Source of the DNA: Mustelus asterias
Taxonomy: Eukaryota
Direction of reading: 5' to 3'
DNA: 64,000 nt
NCBI RefSeq assembly: GCF_964213995.1
Contig: NW_027590120.1
Coordinates: forward strand, 2,232,001-2,296,000
Positions 1-11,686 of the stretch are shown here, piece after piece (position 1 is the first letter of the stretch; each line of letters begins with the position of its first letter). Both the position numbers and the translations under genes were made by a program. The notes below the pieces were generated by a model, which saw only the letters and a program-made list of their open reading frames with translations, had not been told where the DNA came from and ran no database searches.

Positions 1-129
1 TTCACCCAACCTGAGAATCTGACCACAAATCCACATCATTACCAAGACCAGTTCCACCTCAGTAACATCACCCAACTCCAGTCTACTCTCAGTTCATCTG
101 CTGCTGAAACCGTCACCCATTCCTTTGTT

Positions 130-636
130 TTGTTTTAATTTATTATTGTCACATGTATTAACATACAGTGAAAAGTATTGTTTCCTGTGTGCTATACAGA
201 CAAAGCATACCGTTCATAGAGAAGGAAACGAGACTGTAGTGCTACAGTTATAGCTAGGGTGGAAAGAAAGATCAACTTAATGCAACGTAGGTCCATTCAA
301 AAGTCTGATGGCAGCAGGGAAGAAGCTGTCCTCGAGTCGGTTGGTACGTGACCTCAGACTTTTGTATCTCTTTCCCGACGGAAGAAGGTGGAAGAGAGAA
401 TGTCGGGGGTGCGTGGAGTCCTTAATTAAGCTGGCTGCTTTAGCAAGGCAGCAGAAAGTGTAGACAGAGTCAGTGGATGGGAGGCTGGTTTGAGTGATGG
501 ATTGGGCTACATTCATGACCTTCTGTAGTTCCTTGCGGTCTTGGGCAGAGCAGGAGCCATACCAAACTGATGCTAATTCTTTCTATGGTGCATCTGTAAA
601 AGTTGGTGAAAGTCACAGCTAACATGCCAAATTTCA
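130..636 (-). mobile_element. Rex1/Babar-type LINE, 3' end fragment
   Basis: ORF 277-516 gives ...AASLIKDSTHPRHSLFHLLPSGKRYKSLRSRTNRLEDSFFPAAIRLLN, the typical Rex1/Babar C-terminus. The element continues at 1747 after a CR1 insertion. Confidence 0.8.
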
Positions 637-1746
637 TAGTCATACAGGTTTACCGCATGGAAACAGGCCCTGAGGCCCAACTTGCCATGCTGCGCTTTTT
701 TAAAAACCGCTAAGCTAGTCCCAATTGCCCGCAATTGGCCCTCATCCCTCTATACCCATCTTACCCATGTAACTGTCGAAACGTTTTTTAAAAGACAACA
801 TTGTACCCGCCTCTACTCCTACCTCTGGCAGTTTGTTCCAGACACTCGCCACCCTCTGCGTGAAAAAATTGCCCCTCTGGACACTTTTGTATTTCTCCCC
901 TCTCAACTTAAACCTATGCCCTCTAGTTTTAGACTCCCCTACCTTTGGGAAAAGATATTGACTATCTAGCTCATCTATGCCTCTCATTATTTTACAGACC
1001 TCTATAAGATCACCCCTCAGCCTTCTACGCTCCAGAGAAAAAAAGTCCCAGTCTATTCAGCTCTCCTTATAACTCAAACCATCAAGTCCCGGTAGCATCC
1101 TAGTAAATCTCTTCTGCACTCTTTCGAGTTTAATAATATCCTTTCTATAATAGGGTGACCAGAACTGAACACAGTATTCCAAGTGTGGCCTAACCAATGT
1201 CTTGTACAACTTCAACAACTCCTGTATTCAATGTTCTGACCAATGAAACCAAGCATGCCGAATGCCTTCTTCACCACTCTGTCCACCTGTGACTCCACTG
1301 TCAATGAGCTATGAACCTGTACCCTGAGATCTCTTTGTTCTGTAACTCTCCCCAGTGGCCTACCATTAACTGAGTAAGTCCTGCCCTGGTTCAATCTACC
1401 AAAATGCATCACCTCACCTTTATCTAAATTAAACTTCATCTGCCATTTGTCAGCTCACTGACCCAATTGATCAAGATCCCGTTGCAATCCGAGATAACCT
1501 TCTTCACTGTCCACTATGCCACCAATCTTGGTGTCATCTGCAAACTTACAAACCATGCCTCCTATATTCTCATCCAAATCATTAATATAAATGACAAAAA
1601 ACAGTGGACCCAGCACCGAACCCTGAGGCACTCTGCTGGTCACAGGTCTCCAGTTTGGAAAACAACCTTCTACAACTACCCGCTGGCTTCTGTCATCAAG
1701 ATAATTTTGTATCCATTTAGCTACCTCACCCTGGATCCCGTGAGAT
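637..1746 (-). mobile_element. CR1 (HER1-like) LINE, 5'-truncated, inserted into the Rex1 element
   Basis: RT motifs VPQGSVLGPL, KFADDTK and C-terminal TRGHRFK...WNKLP in broken frames. Rex1 sequence (aaatttc|cttagtcttctgag) resumes on both sides. Confidence 0.9.
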
Positions 1747-2670
1747 TTTCCTTAGTCTTCTGAGAAAGTAGAGGCGTTGGTGGGCTTTCTTAACTACAGT
1801 GTTGGCTTGGGGGGACCAGAACAGGTTGTTAATGATCTGGGCACCTAAAAACATGAAGCTTTCGACCATTTCTACTTCATCCCCGTTGATGTAGACAGGA
1901 CACTTTCTCCACTATGCTTTCTGAAGTCGATGACAATCTCCTTCATTTTGTTGACATTGAGGGAGAGATTATTGTTGTCGCACCAGTTCACCAGATTCTC
2001 GATCTCATTCCTGTACTCTGTCTCGTCATTGTTGGAGATCCGACCCACTACGGTGGTGTCACCAGCAAACCTGAAAATCGAGTTGGAGGGAAATTTAGCC
2101 ACACAATCATAGGTGTATAAGGAGTATAGTAAGGGCTGCGAACACAGCCTTGTGGGGCATCGGTGTTGAGGATGATCGTGGAGGAGGTGTTGTTGCCTAT
2201 CCTTACTGATTGTGGTCTGTGGGTTAGGAAGTTCAGCATCCAGTCGCAGAGGGAGGAGCCGAGGTCCAAGCCACAGAGTTTGGAGATGGGTTTCGTGGGA
2301 ATAATGATGTTGAAGGCTGAACTGTAGTCAATAAATAGGAGTCTGACATAGCTGTCTTTGTAATCTCGATGTTCCAGGGTTGAGTGCAGGGCCAGGGAAT
2401 TGGCATCTGCTGTGGATTTGTTGGGCGGTAGGCGAACTGTATTGGATCCAGGCAGTCCGAGAGGCTAACCTTTTGAAGCACTTCATAATGATGGATGTTA
2501 GACCCACCGGACGAGAGCCATTAAGGCACGCTGCTTGGCTTTTCTTTCGTACTGAGATGATGGTCATCTTCTTGAAGCAGATAGGACCTCAGATTGTTGT
2601 AAAGAGAGGTTGATGATGTCTGCGAATACCCCATGCCAGCTGATCCATGCAGGTTCTGAGTGCTTGTTAC
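1747..2670 (-). mobile_element. Rex1/Babar-type LINE RT fragment
   Basis: Broken frames with [28 protein letters not shown] and [16 protein letters not shown]. Confidence 0.85.
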
Positions 2671-2671
2671 C

Positions 2672-3215
2672 ATCAGACTTAATAATTCTAACACACCCCT
2701 GGCCGGTCTCCCTCACTCAACCTGTCTATTAACTTGAGGTCATCACAATTCTGCTGCCCACGTGTTTACTCATTCCAAACCTTGTTCACCCACCACCCCT
2801 GCGCTACAAAGGCTGTTTATGAATCAACATTTTAAATTTCTCATCCTTGTTCTCAAGTCCCTCCATGGTTTCACCCCTCCCCATGTCTGTAATCTCCTCT
2901 CGCCTCACAACCCTCCAATATCTCTGCATTCCTTTCATTCCGGCTTCCTCAGCATTCACAGTTTTAATCACTCCATCATACGTGTCCCAGTTACCAAGGC
3001 CATAATCTTTGGAATTTCCCCCTAAACTGCTCCCCCTCTGTATCTTCCTTCCCCACCTTTAAGATACTCATTAAAACTACCTCTTTAACCAAGCCTTTAC
3101 CCTTCCACCCTCATGTCTGCTCACATGACTCTATGTCAAATGTTGCTTTATAACACACCTGAGAAACACCTCAGAATGTTCCAGTACATGAACGATGCTG
3201 TATAAATACACATTG
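2672..3215 (+). mobile_element. Old L2-like LINE 3' fragment
   Basis: FKFLILVLKSLHG...NLL motif and an L2-like tail (gctgtataaatac). Confidence 0.6.
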
Positions 3216-3360
3216 TAATTATTGATTTGGAGATGTATCACTGTCCCTTCATCATCACTGGGTGAATAGCCTGTAACTCTTGACCTAAAGGGGAGCACCT
3301 TCACCACATGGACTGCAGCTGTTCAAGAAGATAAAACATAATCTTCTCCACAGGTAATTT

Positions 3361-3675
3361 CATAGAAACCCTACAGCACGAAAAGAGGCCATTCGGCCCA
3401 TCGAGTCTGCACCAACCACAATCCCACCCAGGCCCTATCCCCATATCCCTACATATTTTACCCGCTAATCCCTCTCACCCAGGACACTAAGGGGCAATTT
3501 TTTTTTAGCATTGCCAATCAACCTAACCCGCACATCTTTGGACTATGGGAGGAAACCGGAGCTCCCGGAGGAAACCCACGCAGACACGAGGAGACAGTGA
3601 CACAAGCCGGGAATCGAACCCAGGTCCCTGGAGCTGTGAAGCAGCAGTGCTAACCACTGTGCTCCCGCGCCGCCC
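3361..3675 (-). mobile_element. HE1-type tRNA-derived V-SINE
   Basis: Reverse complement has A box (agcacagtggttagc), B box (ggttcgattccc), V-domain and CR1-like tail ending ttctatg. Confidence 0.9.
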
Positions 3676-3879
3676 GTTTTGGGGATGGGAAATATTTTCT
3701 GTTGGTCTTGTTAGTGAAAAGACAGGGTAGTGGGATGAGCTGATTCCCTTGTAGAGAACCAGCAAATGCATGACGGGTTAGTCATTTTCTGTAGTGCAAT
3801 AATTCAATGTTTCTGTGGCTTAATAAAAAAGAGACCAATTCTGGAGGCCAGGAACTAACTTCTGGAATCAATGCCCACT

Positions 3880-4345
3880 GCCTCCTATGGAGGTGGTGGC
3901 TGCACATGCGTCCTGTTGCCCATTGCCCCCTATAAAGATGGCCACCGCCCTGCTGTCCATTGCCCCCAATAAATATGGCGGTCACGCTGCCCATTTTTCT
4001 CGAAAGATGGAGACTGCAAAATCGGTCACGCAGGGCCTCGGGCGTCTTATTTGTGGTTTTAAGCGAATATCCGATGTTTATGAAAGCTCCGCTTCCTATA
4101 CCGGGTGTTTATGAGTCCTCCCTTTTGACTCTCAGGCTCCATTTAATCTCACTCACCCGGTGTCGACAATCAGTTTCTGGTCTCCCTGCTGCTCCGACAC
4201 CACCCCATCCGACCACTGCCTGCACCGCACTGCGCATGCTCCAGTCAGAGAGGCACTGAGCCTGCGCAATGATCTCCTGTATTGAAGATAGGGTATCGTC
4301 ACCCTCTCGGTGCACGCTGGGTAATGGCACCGCCATTGCCACTTG
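3880..4345. promoter_or_regulatory. CpG-rich promoter-like module P1
   Basis: YY1-like aagatggcc/atatggcgg, NRF1-like cactgcgcatgct (~4228) and a minus-strand splice donor (ggtgagt, ~4150). Confidence 0.55.
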
Positions 4346-5299
4346 ATATTGTCAAATACAAATACATCTTTTGTGGTCCATGATCATAATGACTGGCCTG
4401 GCCGAGAATGGCTTACTCCTGTTCCTATTTTCTATGAAAATATATTTAAACAGGCTTATTTTAAATTACTTAACACCTTTCTTGAAATAGTGTGCACAGT
4501 GTAATTACCACAATCATTTGTCAGTCTGGAAATTTAAACCTGCTGTTTCACTTTCAGTCAGGAACACGTCCCAGTTTCACACTAATCTTTGATTTGACAG
4601 CACATTTCCAGCCTTCACCGTTGTTCAAAATTTTTGCAAACTCTTGGCAGCTGTGACAGAATTTGTAAAGACAGAAACAGAGTCAATGTTTCCAGTCCAA
4701 TATGACTCTTCAGTTCCAAAACATTTGCTCTGTTTCTGCAGAGATGCTACCAAACCTGCTGAGTTTTTCTTGCTTTGTTTTTATTTCCGATTTCCAGCAT
4801 CTGTAATATTTTGATTTTCTTTCAGAATTATTCACCTGACTCGAAACATAGTTATAAAAGAGCCTTCTGTTCCATGTTTAGGAGCTCTGGACTATAGAAA
4901 AGAGCAGTTGGGACACATTTCTTACACACCTCAGGATTAACCCACTTTGCTGTCAGTGAAGAGAGATGAGAAAGTCCAAAGTGCTGTTTGTCCCTCTCAG
5001 TGTGACCCTATGGCAGGAACAGACTGCAGTTCTGTTCCTGCTGTGTGAACCACCCCCAGATTGCCCCTTCTGCGCTCCAGCCGGCAATGTTAAACATTCA
5101 GCTGGGAAAGATGAACATCTGCAACAATGTATTCAAATATCACTGTTTTATTTCACATTTATTTAGAATATTAAACTCCAGTCCAGTTACAGGGATTATT
5201 AACATAATCAGAAACAAACTCCAAATATCAGAATGAACATAGTCCAGTCCTGAATGTGATTCACAGCAGCAGCAATAACAGCAGAATCCAGCCCCTATA

Positions 5300-5990
5300 G
5301 TAACTTATGAACTTGCTGGTGTGTCAGAATGTGAGGTAACCAAATGAATCTCTTCTCACATGGAGCAAGTGAACAGCCTGTGAATGTGTTTGTGTATCAG
5401 CAGATACATTTTGCATTTAAATCTCTGCTCACAGTCAGAAGTTTGAAAAAGTTCCTTATCAGTGTGAACAAGTTGACGTGCAGTGAAGTGGGATGACTGA
5501 GTAAATCTCGTGTTAAACATGGAGCAGGTGAATAGCCTCTCCCAGAGTGAGTGCACTGGTGGACACTGAGTTCACATGACCAGCTGAACCCAGTCCCATA
5601 GTGAGAGACTCTGGATGGTCTGCTGTCAGTGTGAACCTGCTGATAGCACATCAGATTCATAGAAATTTTAAAACATTTCCCACAATTCAGACATTTAAAA
5701 CTTATTCCATCAGTGTGAACTCACTGGTGTGTTAACAAAATGAATGAATCAGTGAATTGCTTCCCACACATGGAGCAGGTGAATGACCTCTCCCTGGTGC
5801 GAACTCTCTGCTGTTGCTGCAGGATGGACAATCACCTGAACCTCTTCCTGCACTGAGAGCAGATGAGTGGAGTGGAACAGAGTGAATGCACTGGTGAACC
5901 ATCAGTGAATGTGGGTTTTTAAAGCTCCTGTCACAGTCTCAGCATTTAAATCCTCTCTCTGCAGTATGAACCCACTGGTGTGTGTGGAGA
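5300..5990 (-). pseudogene. Degenerate C2H2 zinc-finger array (ZF-A)
   Basis: Residual HTD/FTCSMC/FKCLNCGKCFK motifs with multiple indels and stops. Confidence 0.8.
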
Positions 5991-5994
5991 CTGG

Positions 5995-6200
5995 ATGGAG
6001 AAAAGTGGGAGTTCGGGGCTCAGACAAGAGGGATGTTTAGAGACAGTTTGGCCCGTTGGGCTAACGGAATGGAGCAAAGCAGCAGAGACAGCTGATTGGA
6101 TTATCTCAATCTTAGTGACAAAGCATTTCCATGAGCTCCTCACACTTGTTGTTGGAGGTGAGGATGGAGGAAACAGGGGAGAGCCCTTCAAAAGGAACTG
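5995..6200 (-). mobile_element. L2-like ORF2 fragment downstream of ZF-B
   Basis: FVTKIEIIQSA motif. Homologous to 22500-22700, 37995-38200 and 46600-46900. Confidence 0.65.
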
Positions 6201-6245
6201 ACTTGTATTAGAGTTATTAAAAATATTCACGATGTGAATATTTTT

Positions 6246-7497
6246 CGAACTTGATCGAGTTTTTCGAGGAAGTGACGAAGATGATTGATGAGGATAGGGC
6301 AGTGGATGGTGTCTACATGGACTTCAGTAAGGCCTTTGACAAGGTCCCTCACGGCAGACTGGTGCAGAAAGTGAAGTCGCATGGGATCAGAGGTGAGCGA
6401 GCAAGGTGGATACAAAACTGGCTCAGTCAAAGAAGACAGAGGGTAGAAGGGGAAGGATGTGTTTCTGAATGGAGGGCTGTGACAAGTGGTGTTCCTCAGG
6501 GATCAGTGCTGGGACCTTTGCTGTTTGTAATATATATAAATGATTTGGAGGAAAATGTAACTGGTTTGATTAGTAAGTTTGCGGACGACACAAAGGTTGG
6601 TGGATTTGCGGATAGCGATGAGGACCATCAGAGGATACAGCAGAATATAGATCAGTTGGAGACCTGGACGGAGAGATGGCAGATGGAGTTCAATCTGGAC
6701 AAATGTGAGGTAATGCATTTTGGAAGGTCTAATACAGATGGGAAATATACAGTAAATGGCAGAACCCTTAAGAGTATTGATAGGCAGAGGGATCTGGGTG
6801 TACAGCTACACAGGCCACTGAAAGTGGCAATGCAGGTGGAGAAGGTCGTCAAGAAGGCATATGGCATGCTTGCCTTCATCGGCCGGGGTATTGAGTTTAA
6901 AAATTGGCAAGTCATGTTGCAGCTTTATAGAACCTTAGTTAGACCGCACTTGGAATATAGTGTTCAATACTGGTCGCCACACTACCAGAAGGATATGGAG
7001 GCTTTGGAGAGGGTATAGAAAAGATTTACCAGGATGTTGCCTGGTATGGAGGGCATTCGCTATTTGGAGAGGTTGGAGAAACTTGGTTTGTTCTCACTGG
7101 AGTGACAGAGGTTGAGGGGAGACCTGATAGAAGTCCTACAAGATTATGAGAGGCATGGACAGAGTGGATAGTCAGAAGCTTTTTCCCAGGGTGGAAGAAT
7201 CAATTACTAGGGGGCATAGGTTTAAGGTGCGAGGTGCAAGGTTTAAAGGAGATGCACGAGGCAGATTTTTTACGCAGAGAGTAGTGGGTGCCTGGAACCC
7301 GTTGCCGGGGGTGGTAGTGGAAGCGGATACGGTAGTGACTTTTAAGGGGCATCTTGACAAGTACATGAAAAGGATGGAAATAGACAGATATGGTCCCCGG
7401 AAGGGTAGGGGGTTTTAGTTAAGTCAGGCAGCATGGTCGGTGCAGGCTTGGAGGGCCAAAGGGCCTGTTCCTGTGCTGTAATTTTCTTTGTTCTTTG
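6246..7497 (+). mobile_element. CR1 LINE, 5'-truncated
   Basis: ORF 6251-7018 has YMDFSKAFDKVPH, GVPQGSVLGP and KFADDTK; tail ttttctttgttctttg. Confidence 0.95.
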
Positions 7498-7514
7498 ATG
7501 TTTAACACAAATCT

Positions 7515-7790
7515 GGAATACCTAAGTGCAGAAGGAGGCCATTTGGCCCATTGACCATACACTGATAACAATCCCACCCAGGCCCTATCCCCGTAACTCC
7601 ATGTATTTGCCCTGCTAATCCCCCTGACAATGAGGAGCCACTTAGCATGGCCAATCAACCTGACCCACAAACCTTTGGACTGTGGGAGGAAATCCACGCA
7701 GACTGTCATCCGGCATTCCAGGGCTGGAATTGAACTTGAGTCCCTAGCACTGTGAGGCAGCAGTGCCAACAACTGTTACCGTGCCGCCCT
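7515..7790 (-). mobile_element. HE1-type SINE
   Basis: Diverged A/B boxes and V-SINE body on the minus strand. Confidence 0.8.
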
Positions 7791-7872
7791 GAAATGGAGT
7801 TTATTAGCATCAGCAGAAACAGAGCCCAATGAATATGGTTCATTTCTGGATGTAATTGATGGCAAAATCCAC

Positions 7873-9223
7873 TCACTTGTGAACTCGCTGGTGTGTCAGC
7901 AGATTGGATGAATGAGCGAATCCCTTTCCACATTCTGAGCAGGTGAACGGCCTCTCCCCAGTGTGAGTGCGCTGGTGCACAGTGAGGTGACATAATTCTC
8001 TGAATGCAGTCCCACAATCAGAGCACCTGAACGGTCTCTCCCCAGTGTGAACGCGTTGATGGGACACCAGATTGCTGGAAATTTTAAAGCCCTTCCCGCA
8101 GTCTGGACATTTAAAAGGTCTCTCCTCAGTGTGAACTCGTTGATGGCGTACCAGTTCCCCTGAACTTTTAAAGCATTTCCCACATTCTGGGCATTTAAAA
8201 GGTCTCTCCTCAGTATGCGTGCGCTGATGTGATGTGAGGGCAGGTGATGTCTTGAACCCAATCCCACAGTGAGAGCACCTGAACAGGGTCTCATCAGTGT
8301 GAATACGTTGATGGCACAGCAGCTTCGCAGAACTTTTATAGCACTTCCCACATTCTGGGCATTTAAATGGTCTCTCAGTCGTGTGAACTTGCTGGTGTGT
8401 CAGCAAGTTGGTGGACTGACTGAATCCCTTCCCACATTTGGAGCAGATGTAAGGTTTCTCGTGAGTGTGAACTCGCTGGTGTCTCTGCAGACTAGATGAG
8501 TGAGTGAATCTCTTCCCACATTGAGAGCAGGAGAATGGCCTCTCCCCAGTGTGAATGCGCTGGTGTACAGACAGGTTACTCAATTGCCTGAATGCAGTGC
8601 CACACTGAGAGCATCTGAAAGGTCTCTCATCAGTGTGAGTGCGCTGGTGTTTAGTTAGGGCAGAGGATGTCTTGAACCCACTCCTGCAGTGAGAGCATCT
8701 GAAAGGTCTCTCGTCAGTGTGAACACGTTGATGGGACATGAGTTCCCCAGCACTTTTAAAGCACTTCCCAGTCAGGGCATTTAAAAGGTCTGTCCTCAGT
8801 GTGAACCCGCTGGTGTGCGAGCAGGTTAGGTGACCTTGAGAATCTCTTCCCACACTCGGAGCAAATGAATGGCTTCTCCCCGGTCTGAACTTGCTGGCGT
8901 TTCATCCCACACTCAGAGGAGGTCATTGGCCTCTTCCCACTGTGAACTTGCTGGTGTCTCAGCAAGTTGGTTAACTGAGTGAATCCCTTCCCACAGTCGG
9001 AGCAGATGAATGGTTTTTCCCCAGTGTGACTGCGGCAACGCATTTCCAGGTGAGATGGGGATTGGAATCTCTTCCCACAGTCCTCATATTTCCATGGTTT
9101 CTTCCTGGTGTGACTGCGATTGTGTATCGACAGGTAAGATAATCGGCTGAAGCCTCTTCCACACACAGAACACATGTACGGTTTCTCCCCAGTGTGAACG
9201 GTGCTTTTTCCTGCCATGTTCAA
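7873..9223 (-). pseudogene. C2H2 zinc-finger gene ZF-B (~15 finger units), split by a 2-nt deletion at ~8770
   Basis: ORF 8756-9223 (MAGKSTVHTGEKPY...KCPDWEVL*) and ORF 7873-8853 join if TG is restored in gactgtggg. HTGERPF linkers throughout; splice acceptor ttcacag at ~9320. Confidence 0.85.
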
Positions 9224-9659
9224 AATCTGATGATGTTTACGTTGTGATAAGTTGTGTGACTGTCAGTTCCAGATGTGATGTTTGGTTTGAATCTCCTGAC
9301 TCCAAGCCCTCCCGAAACCCTGTGAAATTGATTTAAAACAGAAAAAAGGGAGTGAGAGAGAACCCACAAAAACAGGTTGTGAAATTGAGCTGAATGAACT
9401 TGGTAATTTGTGGGGCCGGCATGAGGAAAACGTGACCATGAAAGCTGCCGGATTGTTGTAAAAACTCAACTGGTTCACTAATTTCCTTCAGGGAAAGGGG
9501 TGAGAAGGAGAAGATGGAAGAGGCAGGGGGAGTCATAGCTACAATCAACCAGGACTTCTTTAAAATCTCCCAAACCCTCAACCTCTATCACTTAGAGAGA
9601 CCAGGGTAACAGGAGTCTGTGAACATCATCACTGGCACTCTCACACTGTCCTGACTGAA

Positions 9660-10138
9660 GGTTGACCAGGATGTTGCCTGGTCTCGAGGGGGTCAGCGAT
9701 GAGGAGTGGTTGAATAAACTAGGATTGTTTTCACTGCAAAGATGGAGGCAGAGGGGAGATCTGATAGAGGTCTACAAAATTCTGAAAGGCATAGACAGGG
9801 TGGATAGTCAGACACTTTTTCCCAGGGTGGAAGCATCAATTACAAGGGGGCACAGGTTCAAGGTAAGAGGGGGGAAGTTTAAGGGAGATGTGCGGGGGGG
9901 GGGGAAGTTTTTCATGCAGAGAGTGGGGTGCCTGGAACATGCTGCAGAGGAGGTGGTGGAAGCAGGCACATTAGCAACATTTAAGAGGCATCTGGATGGG
10001 TACATGAATAAGGAGGGATTATAGGGATACGGACCAAGTAAGGGCAGAAGATACTTTTTGGATAATTTAGGGCACCACGATCAGCACGGGCTTGGAGGCC
10101 GAAGGGCCTATTCCTATGCTGCATTTTCTTTGTTCTTT
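9660..10138 (+). mobile_element. CR1 LINE 3' fragment
   Basis: TRMLPGLEG...RGDLIEVYKILKG...TRGHRFK plus CR1 tail. Confidence 0.9.
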
Positions 10139-10459
10139 AATGCTTATGGTATCCAGTACTGGATGAACAGAAATTACTTTTGTGAACTATCCAGATCCGA
10201 ATGAATCCGGAGATTCTATTAATGTTGACGTGACGCTTGGCTTGAAATTCCCGTTGACAAATCCTCCCCCTCTAACTCCCTCAGTGCACCCGAACAGGCG
10301 CTAGAGTGTGGCGACTAGGGGATTTTCACAATAACTTCAATGCAGTGTCAATGTAAGCCTACTTGTGACACTAATAAACAAACTCTAAACGCTGTAAAAG
10401 GAGTTTCAAAATCCATCACTGTCGTCCCAGGACAGACATTCACAATCTCTCCTCCTGCT

Positions 10460-10780
10460 GGCAGGGAGCACTGCACATGCGCATTGCTGCACCTTGCCTC
10501 GGCAAAGATGGCGGCCGTTCTTCCGGGTTTGTCTCCGCGGGAAGAGGAGCGGCTCAGGACAAACTCGGGACTGGCCTGGAACCTTCTTAATCGAGGTTTG
10601 CAGCCTTCACTGGGTGTTTATGAATGCTTTCCGCCCTCCCTTTGCGCCAATCTCTCCCTTGGACACGTCACTTCCTTACCCGCCGCAAGGACAAGAAACA
10701 GGGAACTCCCGATTGCCAGCACGCCACTGCGCAAGCTCAGAACATGGTCTGTACTGCGCCTGCGCGGAGTTCCTCTGTTG
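10460..10780 (-). promoter_or_regulatory. CpG-rich promoter/first-exon module P2 (probably for ZF-B)
   Basis: tgcacatgcgca and actgcgcctgcgc (NRF1-like), aagatggcggc (YY1), ttccgg/cacttcc (ETS), minus-strand donor gg|gtaagg at ~10678. Confidence 0.6.
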
Positions 10781-10792
10781 CCTGTGAAGGGA

Positions 10793-10970
10793 TGAGGTGG
10801 AGATGCCGGCGTTGGACTGGGGTGGGCACAGTAAGAAGTCTCACAACACCAGGTTAAAGTCCAACAGGTTTATTTGGAATCACCAGCTTTTGGAGCGCTG
10901 CTCCTTCATCAGGTGAGCGACTCACCAAATGAAGGAGCAGCGCACCAAAACCTCGTGATTCCAAATAAAC
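10793..10970. mobile_element. Miniature Penelope-derived inverted-repeat element
   Basis: tttatttggaatcac...tccttcatcaggtgag and ctcacc..atgaaggagc...gtgattccaaataaa form inverted arms. Confidence 0.75.
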
Positions 10971-11086
10971 ATTTTCCCCTGTATTCTGTGGCTATGATTC
11001 ATCTTTCGTTCCCTCACCCTGCAGTATAAATATCTCCCACTTTCTCTGCCTTTTAGCTTTGACAAAGGGTTATCCGGACTCGAAAC

Positions 11087-11427
11087 GGCATGGTGACATA
11101 GCGGTTAGCACTGTTGCCTCACAGCACCAGGGACCGGGTCCAATTCCTGGCTTGGGTCATTGTCTGTGTGGAATTTGCACGTTCTCTCCATGTCTGCATG
11201 GGTTTCCTCGGGTGCTCTGGTTTCCTCCCACAGTCCAAAAGATGTGCAGGTTAGGTGCATTGGCCATGCTGAATTTCCCGTTTGTGTTCCGGGATGTGCA
11301 GGTTAGAGGGATAAGGGGGGTAAATATGTGGGGTTGTGGGGATAGGGCTTGGGTGGGATTGTTGTCGGTGCAGACTCGATGGGCCTAATAGCCTCTCTCT
11401 GCACTATAGGTATTCTATGTTTCTATG
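11087..11427 (+). mobile_element. HE1-type SINE inserted in a second Penelope-like terminal repeat (10975-11510)
   Basis: SINE body splits gactcgaaac|aaacatcagctct, with a short duplication of gaaac. Confidence 0.8.
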
Positions 11428-11686
11428 AAACATCAGCTCTTTTCTCTCCTTACAGATGCTGCCAGAGCTGAGAAGATTTTCCAGCATTTTCTCTTTTGGT
11501 TTCAGATTCACAAATAGCTTATGATCATTCTTTTGCTTTTATCGGGTACAGGCTGGGACTGAATGGCCAACTATGAAATTAGGAAACAGATCACAGGGAG
11601 AATGTGTGGAGTCTGTATGGAAGTCACTCATTCTCCCCGTAACTGCATGGGTTTCCTCTGGGTGCTCCACTTTCCTCCCAGAGTCA

